Of a stretch of DNA of 64,000 bases, positions 50,428-64,000 are shown in pieces. The number at the start of each line of letters is the position of its first letter. The first letter of the stretch is position 1. Source of the stretch: the human T2T-CHM13v2.0 reference genome, Homo sapiens. Location: NCBI RefSeq assembly GCF_009914755.1, contig NC_060925.1; one strand, 5' to 3'. The notes beneath the pieces were generated by a model that made no database searches, was not told where the DNA came from, and saw nothing but the letters and a program-made list of their open reading frames with translations. A program made the position numbers and the translations under genes.

Positions 50428-50467
50428 ATAAGACAAAAAAAACTCACTCACTTCAGAAAAGTTTATT
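50428..50467 (-). terminator. Candidate polyadenylation site, minus strand
   Basis: Minus strand reads AATAAA (50467-50462) CTTTTCTGAA GTGAGTGAGTTTTTTTTTGTCTT (GU/U-rich element); TGTA motifs upstream. Confidence 0.55.
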
Positions 50468-52032
50468 AAAGGTAAAATCAGATTTACAGAGTATAAAACA
50501 ATAAGGGATAGAGGTGAAGAGGTTTCAAACAAACTATGAGTACAATAGAAAGTAAATTACCTACCTGGGGTTCTCACAGCACTTTTTCTTTACTTCTGCA
50601 CAAAGCCTAATGTGTTTTTTAAAAAATCCTTGGAAAAGTCTCAGCAGTCATATATTCTCATGATTTAGCAGTTAAACAAAATGTCCACAATCCACAAAGA
50701 AAGAGGGGTGGACCTAAGTGACAGGGTACTAAACATATATACTATGATAAGCTCTGCTTCCTCTGTTCCAGTTCTTTAAATTTTGTGTCTGTGTTTTTTG
50801 GGGAAACGGTTATCATGCAAAATGACTGTCTTGGAAGCAGGAGTTGAGGAAAGGAAATTCTGGGCTCTCTAAAAAGCCTTCTTGCCTCCTTGGTGCAGTA
50901 AGCAGCATGTCTTGTAAAAAGCCTAACTTCTACCAGACTTATAACCATATTATGCAATTGGTACTTTTTTAACTAAGCAAATTTTATAAAGAATTTGAAA
51001 CGTTTTGTGGGTACTTATAGCCAGGTACTGCACATAAATATCACACTCAAATTAAGAGTGCAGGCTCTGCAATCAGCCTGTATGGGTTCAAATATTGATC
51101 CCAGATCACAGTTATGCAAACTTAGGCCAAGTTACTTAATTTTTCTGCCTTCCTTTAACAATAAGCTTTAGTATTAGTACATACCTCAGAGAACAGTTAT
51201 GAGAATTAAAAAAATATACGTAGTTTAAAACAGTACCTGGCACACACGAGTATTTAGTGTAGATGCACACAGAGCTTCTTTCATATAGAATGTGTCATAT
51301 TCAGATTTACACACTAGTTATTAGTGTTAATGGGAAAATGGAATTAGCCTCATTTTATTAGATTTTGATTCCCTAAACTACAATTCTATCTGTATCATGT
51401 CAATAAAAATGAACTCCTTGAGCACATGAACTATATGCTAGTCTACCTTTGTATACTCCAGGATGGCGGAATGTGTCTTTTTACCACATGAGGTGATGCC
51501 ATTAGTATATTCCAGGGCCTGGCACGACATCTATTACATGGGTGTGTAATAAATGTGGAATAATTTATTTCTGGTAATTTATGGATTATCTACAAAACCA
51601 ATATAAGTGGATGTTATTAGAGACCTTTAAAAACCTATAATTTTACTCATATTTGCTGCAAATAAGAGTAATGCAAATGTAATGCTGAATGGAACTTTTG
51701 AGGCATTAAAGATTTTTTTCCTATATAGTGAGGAATAAAACTAAGACTTGATTGAAATAACTTTTTTAAAAAAAAGGATTTGAGCACAACAGGACAACAA
51801 AAATTGGCCCTTTGTACACTTCGGTGCAATTTCTGTCTTAGCTGCTGAGAAGCAGAGGAAAAGCACCACCTTGCTCAGAAACTACCTTCTCCACAATACT
51901 GAGAAACACACCAAACAGGGGCAAGGCTTTTTGAAGCTAGGAATAAAGAAGCTGCCCATCTTTACTAATAGGAAACAACGGGTTTTAAGGTACCCAGTAA
52001 GAGTCTTTCTTCAAAACAGACATCTCACTTAC

Positions 52033-52252
52033 CTTTTCAGTATACTTCCTAAAAACATTAAAGACAGATGTAAGGCTTAGCTGGTAATTTCCATGAACTC
52101 AGTCTTTTCCTCTGACTGTGGTGGAGCAGACACGATTAAGCAGGTTTGGAAATGCTAGAAATGAATTCCTACTTCCCCTTGTATTCTTCAGATCTCATTT
52201 TCCCCCAAATTTCTGCAGTGGTTGGCTTCCATTTCAGCATCAGTCACGAAAT
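52033..52252 (-). other. Candidate non-coding exon (alternative 16-nt form 52033-52048)
   Basis: Donor AAG|GTAAGT at 52033/52032; acceptors ...TGTCTGACCTTCAAG| (52253) or CTGTCTTTAATGTTTTTAG| (52049). Confidence 0.35.
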
Positions 52253-52962
52253 CTTGAAGGTCAGACACAGTAAACAGGGAAGGACATAAAATTAAGTGAT
52301 TTGGGCGTAGTTTTGAGTCTCACAACTTTAACAGGGATGAGTCATACATTAAAGTATGTCGAAATAAATTACAAGTTCTGTTCCTTAACGAAAATCAACT
52401 CTTAGTCAAGCTAAAGGTATTAGTTTGCTATAGTCTGAAATTCTGTATGTTCCTTTAATAAATGTTGAGGGGAAAAAAGATGTAATTCCCATGAAGACCA
52501 AACACAAGTTGATCAATTCAGTGTGAGTCTTTGTCCTTGATTTATTTTGCAGTACAAATGTGTAAAGGAAAAAACAAAGGGAATAAAAAATACTAGCAGA
52601 TTGTTCTAAGTGATTTTCCAATTTGCCAATCAAATTTGAAGTATTTTATTTACCTACCAATTAAGTCAGAAAAAAGGAAGTGAATGTTAAATGATTATTA
52701 GTAGTATAAGCTTTAAGTTTAAAAGATAAGGGTTATTTAATTCAACTGTTTTCTTGGTTATAGGAAATTAGCATTCAAATTAACTTCATTAAGATAGGAG
52801 AAAAAATACTGAATAATTCATCTGGATGGAGTTAGCCAGGAAATGTCTTTATATTTTGCAAAATTATAAATTGAAACCAAAATCTGATATACTTCTAGGT
52901 TAGCAAACAAAATTCTTTTTATTTGCTTCCTATAAATCATTAAACAGGTTTGCTGTACTCAC

Positions 52963-53288
52963 TCAGTGACACTTCAACTCCCTTTGAAACCCAAGTGACA
53001 GAACTAGGTCACTACTTTGGGAATGGAATTGTGAGTAGCTAGATCAGAGAAACACTGAGACTGACAAAACTTGCTTTTTTGGAAAATGGAAGAAAAAGTC
53101 ATCAGTATGCCATAAGAGTTAGAGCATTCTGACCATAAAATCAGGCAGTTATCCTTGCTGACTGGTCCTGGATTCCAAATGACACATTCCTTCTCAATGT
53201 ATTCAATCCATCAGCAGCTCAGAAGCAATCCACACTGGAGACCATTTAAAAACGTGCATTTTGCAATAACCATTATCTATCTTAGCAG
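52963..53288 (-). other. Candidate non-coding exon
   Basis: TGCTAAC branch point + TTTTGTTTTGCCTTTCTAG| acceptor at 53289; donor TGA|GTGAGT at 52963/52962. Confidence 0.42.
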
Positions 53289-53509
53289 CTAGAAAGGCAA
53301 AACAAAAGTTAGCATATCAAACTATCTTTAGGGGCTAGAGCAGAATATGAATTCATTAACGATAAATATAATTACTAGAAACAATGAAAACTGATCCAGA
53401 GGAATTTTAAGAAAACAAAAAAACCCTCAAAATGTCTATTATGCCAAGTACGGTCAAAGTATTCAAGCATCCTCCTCCCTCTCCACAACTTCTATTTTTT
53501 TCTCTCTTC

Positions 53510-53667
53510 TTTTTTCTTAAGGGGTGGGAGTCTTGCTATGTTGCCCAGGCTGGAGTGCAGTGGCTATTCACAAGTACAGTCATTGTGCACTACAGCCTTG
53601 AAGGCCTGGGCTCAAGCCTCAGCCTCCCAACTAGCTGAGACTAGAGGCACATACCACCGTCCCTGAC
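53510..53667 (-). mobile_element. FAM
   Basis: GCAGTGGCTATTCACAAG...GCACTACAGCC; TSD-like ACAACTTCTATTTT. Confidence 0.8.
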
Positions 53668-54109
53668 TTACAACTTCTATTTTCAGGTTAGATTCCAGAA
53701 GTGTAAGAAGTATAAAATATCATGGATGATATTTAGTATTCACTAAACTGGAAGGAGAGCCAATGAATTTACTTATACTGCCCAATTAAATAATCAACAT
53801 TGAACTCATCTTCAATCCCAGAAAAATCCATGAATGAAAACTGGACATAGCAACAATTGCTACTGATGCCAGACTGAAATAGCAAAGGGCAAGAGGAATT
53901 CATGCTACCTACTCTTCACTTTATAAAGAAAAATAAAGAAAAAATAAATTTAAAAAAGAAAAGGAATTTCATTTTTTCTGAGGAAAAAAACTGAGAAATT
54001 AAGTAAGACAGAGTTTGCAAATATATGAATGCTGGGCTCAATGTTTCTTAGTTTGCAGTTAAAAAGAAACATTCACAAGGAAAACAAATGTACATGTAAG
54101 TCACTTTCA

Positions 54110-54316
<207 letters not shown>

Positions 54317-56297
54317 TCAAAGCTAATCCATGGGCAGTACCTGCATTAAAACTGTTATCTGCAAATAAGGCAAAAATAAATACTGTTTGTTGCAGAGTGG
54401 AAATGCATCCTAGATTGGATTAAGCTAAGAGGCTTGAGAGGTGGCAACCACGGACTTCTGCTCTTAGACATCCTGGTTTGTAATATTTTGTTGTTCTGAC
54501 AGCCAACTTGATCATTCTTCCTTGCATTATAAATTTTCACAGTAAATCTTACCTTCGGGGTCAGTGGTAACACCTATAATACTTGTTTGTATTTAAAATC
54601 CTCTAATATCCAATACATTTAATCACAGCCTCACTGACATCTCAATTGCCCTTGAGACTCAAAACAGAGGGGGAACTTCTGAGAAATGTAATTATTATAC
54701 CTCTGTGCTTAGGTTGAAGACAACTTCATGATCTGGAGAATTAATTACTTTTTGTTTCTCTTCATGCCTGGTTTATAAGAAACTGAACATTGGACATGAG
54801 AAAAAGTAGAGGTCCTATCACTTTACAGGTGTTTTTATCATTCATTTGAAGTCTATTCCAAAGACATCAGTTATCCCACATATAAAGGTGCATATAAACT
54901 CTCACTTCAAAGTTAAACTACTCTGAGCTATTCATATTTGCATTCTTCTCTAATGGTGTAAATAATCAAGAACCAGAGAAGTTACGCCTTCATCGTAACA
55001 GCCATATTTCTCTGGCCTATATAGCAAATCCAGTTACATTTTAAAGTGTGTGCGTGGTTCTTTAAAACATTAATTTCAAACACATGAATAACATTATTGT
55101 TTTATTTAACCCAATATTCAGTGATCCCTGACTGGGTTGGGCTCAGTAACATGTCTTTCAAAAACAAAAAAAATACTAGACTCATATATATTTTTTGAGT
55201 AAAGCTGCTGGCTTTGTCTCCATACTTCCACTCTGTTCTCTTGACTCAGTTCTCAATTCAGGGCCAAAGTCAAGAGCAAAACTGAACCTGTAGGCTAGTC
55301 CTTGGTAAAAGTAAGGCAAAATGGCAACTGACTTGGCAATCTCTCCCAATTTGGGGATGCCCTGGACACAGTAAGCAGAGTCAAATGTAAACTACGTCCT
55401 AAGAAAATGGCAATTTCTGTAGTCTCAGGTCATGAAAATACATTTTTAAAAACTAATTGTCTGTTAAAATTATTTTAGTTGTGAAATGTTAACAATATCA
55501 GGATAAGGAGTTAGACAAAAAATCTTGGACATAATTTCCAGTTTTTTCCTATATATACTTTCTCAACAATCTAAAGCCACCAAAATTCTCTTCATGAAGT
55601 CTTATCCTATCTGTTGCCTAATGATGATGAAGGAGATCAGATTTGGGATTTACAGATGTCCTCCTCTGGAGACGCTTTTGCTCTGGGACTGATGGATACC
55701 AGTGCTGTTAGTCATTTCTGCTACCTGGATACAGAGCATCTGGTGTAAATTTGTGCATCCAGCCTGGCTCCCATTTTCCCCCAACAGCATGCTTAAGGAA
55801 TGAAATGCTCATTTCATGTTAGTTGTAAGCAATCTACATACAAAGCATATCAGGGTACAAATTACTTAATATGTATTTTTATCATCTCCTACCTCCCTAA
55901 TGCTGAACCCCACTCCATTCCCTGCAAACTTTTGTTTTAAATTTTAATTTGAGAAAATATTTTTCCTACATAATTGTCTTCTCCTAACACCTGTGGACAT
56001 TCTTCCCACTTTCTTTGAAAAAGATATTATATCATGCTTCTGGAAATTAAGGGGAAAAAATCAGTGCTAAAACTAGAGGTTGAAACTAGAGGCAGATCTA
56101 TAGTAGAAGTATATATTACTTTTCATAAAAATTCTCACCCAAAAAGTCCTATCAAAGGGGTTGCAAAGTTTATCTGGTTACCACCCTCCTCCCTTTCTTC
56201 TTGCCTTTGGTCCCATGAGTGAGCCTTAGAAATCATGGTCACCAGCAGACTGCCAGGGACAAAGTGAATGGAAGTTACTTTTGAGAAGGGGGATTCA

Positions 56298-56603
56298 GGC
56301 TGGGCATGGTGGCTCACGCCTGTACTCCCAGAACTTTGGGAGGCTGAGACGGGTGGATGACCTGAGGTCAAAAGTTCGAGACCAGCGTGACCAACGCAGT
56401 GAAACCCCATCTCTACCAAAAAGACAAAAATCAGCCAGGTGTGGTGGCAGGCACCTGTAGTCCCAGCTACTCAGGAAGCTGAGGCAGGAGAACTGCTTGA
56501 ACCTGAAAGGTGGAAGTTGCAGTGAGCCAAGATTATGCCACTGCACTCTAGCCCGGGCGACAGAGTGAGATTCAGTCTCAGAAAAAAAAAAAAAAAAAAA
56601 AAA
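56298..56603 (+). mobile_element. AluS
   Basis: TSD GAGAAGG(G/C)GGATTC. Confidence 0.92.
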
Positions 56604-59600
56604 GAGAAGGCGGATTCCATCTTCCCTTTAGGTAGAGATGTGGCATGGAAGCAGTGACTGAAGCTACTGTAGTTTCACTGGCCAAAGGTTATAAATTTCT
56701 AGCCCAAACTTTCAAAGGAAAATGTCACCACTATCTTTTAATCATAGGTAAATCAGTTATTACCCTCTTCCTCTTTCATGAAAATACTAACATATGTACT
56801 CTAATACCATGATACAGCGCTATTAATCAGGCCCTTATTTTTCAATCTAAACTGAACTTTCAAGTAACTTTTAAAAAAATGCCAAAGCAAGGAAGAAAAG
56901 TGAGAAAATTTGTATTCGATTCTACAGTTATATAATCTGTGGGGGTAGTCACTTTCAAAATAAATGGACATTTTCATATGTCAATAGCCACACTTGTATT
57001 ATTTACACCATTTCTCCTTGCTTTATGAAACAAATTTATATATATATATCAGATGAAATTTCCTACTGACAACAATTTCAAAGATGCCTTACCATCTTTG
57101 TATTTTTTTTTTACAAAATTGACGAAACTTGTATATATTTACCATATGATGCTTACCATCTTTATTTCTGATTACTCTTAAGCAGCATCTTCTCCTTTCC
57201 TCCACTAACTTTTTTAAAAAGTAAATTCTTCAGTGGACTAATGGTTCCATCTGATTGATACCTTGGGTGAAATTCCTAATTTTATCTTGCTAAATAACTT
57301 AGTTTACTATAATATAAACAGAATGTACAAAGTGGAATATTTTTAATATATTCTTAATCTCAACCTTTCCTAGAATTCCATCAAAGGTTTGTTCTGAAAG
57401 ATATGATAAAGACAAATCAAAGCAGGAAGAGATCTAGGTTTGTAAAAATACAGTTTAAAAAAAAAAGGAAGAGAATTTATATTATGCATTTGCAGAAGCT
57501 CTTGTTCTCATAGATTTTGCAGAACTAGTCCTTTTCAATCATTTAACTAGGAAGTTCTACTCCAAGTGAATAAAGTTTAAGCAAACTTCAAGTAACTCCA
57601 AGTAAAAGACATTGAAGACAACTAGTTTCCAAAGAACACTTGTTTGACAGAATTAATGACTAAATTAACCTTAAAATTTAAAAATGTGTGACATACCTTG
57701 TTAATAATTAAAATAAAGGCTGTTTTAAAGCAACTTTATGAAGCAAAAGAGTAAGTCACTTCCAAGGTTCCTTGGTCTTCTGCAACTTCTAGGCACGGAA
57801 AAGAACTTACAAGGACATGCAGGGTTCACTGTGGTATGTCTGTCTCAGGTATGTGAGATATGATATGGGGCTTAAATCCAATAAGGGCTCTGGGGAAATA
57901 AGAAAGCATTTAGGGACAAAGCAGGCCTGATTCTGAAAAACTGAAACCATGTTTTAGATTCACGTTTGCTATTCACTTTACGATTAAGTAATTCAAGTCT
58001 TCTGGATAAAATTTCACACAGAAGGGAAATACTACGAAGTCCTAAGTATGTCCTAATGTAACATGAGATAACCTTTCTTGACCTTTGTGATTAAGGGAAT
58101 TGATGCTCTATTTATAAAAATAAAAGAGAAATGAAATATAAGTAACTGTTTTGGCTTAAACAATATCATTTAAATTGTTTCATAAACAATTTTTTTTCAG
58201 ATTGAACATGCCAAGTATGCAACTAAACAATAAGAAAATTTTCACAACCCTAATGTTAGAAAATGTTCCATTTTATACTTTTTACCTATGTCCTTCTTCA
58301 AGCCTGAGTGCTCCAATACATGCTAGTGGAAAAAAAAATCAAAATTAGCATTAACATAAAGATTTTCAATTAATACTATAAATAGAATCCCCAGAGGGGA
58401 AAAAGGCCAGAATAAAATAAACTCAAATATGTGACTGAATGAGTAACCCTTGAGACATACAAAATCAAACTGTATTACTTACCAAACCTCTACACCATCT
58501 CCTGACAGATATCCAGAAAAAAACTGGGAAATCTAAAATGTATCATAAATTGGCAGAGAACACTTTAATAGCCCTCCCCCTAAACAATATAATTCAAAAT
58601 GGAAATTTCTAAAATAATTAAGTATTATCATTCTGAAGTGTCTTATATAATTTCTAAACTTATGAATACATTTCCAGAGTTTTCTGCGCCCAAGGATGCT
58701 AAAACCATTCAAAAAGAAAGGGGGAGAAAAAAAGAAGAAAAGCAAAAGTTAAAGCTTATATATAACGAGAAAAATCCAAAACAGACCATAGGGTAGAGAG
58801 AAGATGAGGGGAGAAGAAAGAAAGGAAAAGAGACAACACCAAAGTTAAAAAGCAAAGCAAAATGAAAACCTTTTATCTATAGCACTTTGGGGCTCTATTT
58901 TGTAAAGACTAGTTATTATGATTTGAATGATAGCTCAATGACTAAATACTTGCTGTAAACTTGAAAAAAAAAAAAAAGGTGAATTAAACCTCCCTGCACC
59001 TCAGTGTCTTCATCTGTAAAGTGGAATTATTATTTTAAAGAACACCTAAAAAGTACTTTAAAAAAAAAATTTCAAGATGGCAGTCCTCTCACCTTGGCCT
59101 CAGAAAGTGCTGGGATTATACAGGTGTGAGCCTAAAAAGCAATTTGAACAGCACTTGGCACTTACTAAGCACTTAACAAATACTAGCTATTAGAATTAGA
59201 TAAGAGTATATATTTAAATAGTATTTTATACACTATTTTTATTTTTGCAAGGGAAAAGCAGTGATCTCCCTGAGGGGCTCCCTGAATGGCTGGAATTTCA
59301 GCTTCAGGGTTTGACAATGTATCTAATGATATTTAACTTTCAGAATAGCTTCAGGTACATTCTGCAAAATACTCTTGACGAAGTAGCTGACCCAAATATG
59401 GCAGCACTCCTCTTGCCTGGCATCAATTAATACTATTGATATTAGAAAAGAGATGGAAGGCAGAACGCCCTTAAATATAGTATCAGCACCCTTAATCATG
59501 GGTAAACTGAATGCTCAAGTTTGCTGTGGGGATAACCAAATCCACCAAGACATACTTAATTCAACCAACTTAATTTATTTTATTCCTTTCCTCTAAAAAA

Positions 59601-62425
59601 CTCAAGCTCAAGCTTTTGTACATACAAAGAATCACACATATATCAATCACAAAATATGGAAAAGAAAGTATCCTGCAATGCTAACTAAGGTCAGGGGTAA
59701 CAGAAGCACACAACAGCAGATTAAATTTTAAAAATTTAAACCTTTAGAATAAACCTTCTGGTGTTTTTTTTTTTTAGTTTTTAAATTCAAAACTCCCCAC
59801 ACAGTAAGTCTAACATAAAAAATATATTGTAACTAGCTCTAAAGAGCTAAATATGTATTGCTAGAGAAAGGTAAGAATGAAAAAAAAGAACCAGAAAGGT
59901 AAATTTTTAGTTGTAGTATCTATAGTTATCACAAACTAGCCATACAATTATCACTTAACCTTTCTGGGCCTCAGTTTTCTCACAGTAAAACAGGGATACT
60001 ACTACCTAAATCAAGGTTATTGTGGATATAAAGATAATACAAACCACCTAGCGTCGTGTGTCTGGCATATAATAGTACTCAATGAATGAGTACTATTCCT
60101 ATAAATGGGGGAGGAAGGGTGTTGCATTAGATATCAAGTCTAAGGTCAAAATATCAAGAAGCCTTTCTTATTCATACATTTCCTCAGGAAGAGACAGCTA
60201 AGGCATAAACACCATAAGAAGGCACGTCTAACAGACTCCGTCTAAGGCAGTTTATCACCACAATTAAATAATTCTTTTCAACAGTTTTACCTATAGCATG
60301 GATAACTACAGCGATATGCACATAGACCACAATAACATGACAGTACCTTTGCTTTCAGAAAACACAACAGAATACGATATGTACCCACCTATGCAATTTT
60401 TAGGAATAGAAACAACTGGGAAAACAACTGGGTTGTTTTCTGCCATTTGGTCTGTGATCGTTCATGAAGTGGGATTTTGACAACTGTGAAGCAAGAGACT
60501 GCTCTATAATAGTCAAGAGCAGGAAATCGTCAGTTTTGCCCTCCAAACCTCTGAACGCAAACTCTCATATGGACTAATCCTAACCATTTTATTATTTTCT
60601 ATTTACAGATTTTGTTACCCACAGAATCTAGATATTAAGATTCAGTCCAAATTTGTTGTCTGTCACTTAAATAATTCCAAATACCCCCTGAAGAGGGCCA
60701 CTGGTTGGGGCCTGTAAGTTATTTTGTACATGACTCAACCATATATTTCTATTATTTCATCAGTGACAACACATTCCAATCTTTGTCTTAGGAAAATGAA
60801 ATAACTGCCAAAATAATTGCTAGAAAGTAATGGGTTAAAGAAAGGTGGACCAAAGTATGGGGAAAAAAATCAGCATCACCTTCCTAAGGATGACAGAAAA
60901 GTCTTAGGCAGAATTGCAGACAGATTGGGAAATTAATAAAAGGTTTAAAGGAAACATAAGATGCCAAGGAAGTATATGAAAGTTCTCAAACTTCAAGAAT
61001 TTAAACTTGACACCATGACATAGTAGGCATGTGGGTGTCTGTGTGATGATTATGACAACTGCGTAGGACAAATAGGGTAGTATGAGGGATTGGGCAGGAT
61101 GACGAGGAAGAGGAATAATAATCTAGCAACCAACTTTTAAGGCCCACAGCAGTGCTTCCTACCCTATTAAGTCTTGGATTTTGGAATATATTAGACTAAA
61201 TATGAATTAATTTTGTCTCCTTTAACAGAACATTAGCTCCATAGGAGAGAGCCTGTCTTACTCACTGACGTATTTTCAGTACCTAGAATATCTAACATAA
61301 AAATGACCTTCTAACATTCAAAATAGTCTGAATCTGATATAAAAGCTGTTGTAATTAATAAAAGATAATTCACTTACAAAATATTGCTGAATTCCTAGAA
61401 TCTTTTTAATGTAAGTTTTCTAATCAACTGATTACAACTCCAATCAAGTACTAAACTATAGCTGTTATTTCTTATGGCTGGTCTGGTATTTTTTTCTACA
61501 TTGGTTCCAAGTCATTATCCTAAAAGAAAGGTTAAAAAACACCACCTTAGGATATTGGATTAATGACTAGAGATATTAAGAAAAAGACATCATAGAGAAG
61601 AATCACCACGACTTAACAGAAAATTCAACAAAAAGAACTATTAAGATTTCAACTGGTGGGATCAAAAGGTGTTTCTCAAACTCACAATTTTCATGGCTAA
61701 GCCTATAAGGTTTTCTTTCCTTTGCCAAATGTTCCCCCTGTATACCCGTGACTGCACAGTGCCAGTGCCTGGAACACTGATATTCACTACATGTTTCTAA
61801 GTGAACAAATGCTTGTAACTGTCTTTTAACATTATCAAGTTTCATGTGATCTGGAGGCACATACGAGATTGTAGACTGAAAGACTGGGGTTAGAGATATG
61901 ACTTGAGAGTATATTAAAATCCAGTAGAGCCCCAACCAATGGATGAAGCCCCTAATGAGGGATAAAAAGACATGGGAAGAGGTGTTATAGGGCCAACAAA
62001 ATACACGGAATTATGGATCAAACAGAACCAGCAAAAGCTAGAACAGTTTGGAAGTTTATCCAACTGTGTCAAAAATAAAGGATCAAGAATAACAACCGGG
62101 AGGAAAAAGGCAGCTGAAATGACCTGAAGATTACTGCTGCTATCACCCACTGGCTTTGACTGAACAGCAACTAAATTCTGTAACTAATCCCAGGCAGAAC
62201 ACAGCTAGATAGAACCCCAAAGCAACTGAGGGCACCTTGTAAGTCAGATAGATACCCATTTGAAATTCTGAAGTTGGTCTTGGTGCTAAATATAACTACA
62301 GCCAGTCTGGCTTTCATTAATACCTTCCAGGTCATTAAGTAAGTCCCAGTTCTGATATTGCTGGCTATTTATTCAATCAACAAGATATACATATGACCTG
62401 TTACTATTAGAGAACAAATTTTCTT

Positions 62426-63568
<1,143 letters not shown>

Positions 63569-64000
63569 TAACAACTGGGGATAATTTGGAAGGATTTTTT
63601 TTTTTAAGGATGATTAACACGACACAAAACCATGGTTAATACATATGCATCCAGCATACTTCATTACCTTCCAGTAGCCACTTCAAAGACGTAATAGAAA
63701 GCCAGGGAAGGTACAAAACAGTGAAAAGGAAGTATTCACAGAAATAAAGTGGCTTTTGACTTCAAAGAATAAGAACTCCAATCTGGAGAGAAGAAGTTAA
63801 GGATAAAATTGAATTACACGTAAAATTGTAGTAAGTTGCAGATAAAATACCACAGCCTGGCTCAATCTTATTAAAAACAATTTGAAACAAATTCTGAAAC
63901 ACTCTAACTAGGAGATAATTGGAAACTGGCGAAAGTGTTGAATCACAAAATGTTTAGTAAATGTGTGACAAAAGTCACAAGCACGAAAAAAGCAGTTTGA

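Noticed and set aside
55600-55800. GC-richer patch that looked like a coding exon
   Set aside because: No convincing splice-site pair or recognisable peptide

Overview
Primate (almost certainly human) intergenic DNA with no intact protein-coding gene. Positions 1-47.5 kb are extremely Alu-dense (about 70 of roughly 75-80 Alu/FLAM/FAM pieces, hand count). This part also holds a processed RPL29 pseudogene (6390-7007), a full-length SVA with a 15-bp TSD (18370-20077), MaLR/ERV LTRs (MLT1, MER21, MER41A), MITEs (MADE1, MER58) and old L1/L2/MIR fragments. From about 50.3 to 62.4 kb the DNA is AT-rich and nearly Alu-free. It carries minus-strand RNA-processing signals (a canonical poly(A) site, a strong branch point plus 3' splice site, consensus donors), as expected for a non-coding transcript or 3' read-through from a gene beyond the right edge. 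From memory the layout fits chr1p36 between HTR1D and HNRNPR (RPL29P6/LINC01355 region); this is unverified. Almost all ORFs in the track are repeat-derived. I found no new coding system. The most unusual signal is a series of locally templated inverted copies: a near-perfect 80-bp-arm hairpin (42498-42684), a 300-bp inverted duplication inside an LTR (10975-11282 vs 12845-13144) and several smaller fold-backs. Repeat subfamily names come from recalled consensus sequences; boundaries are approximate unless a TSD is quoted.
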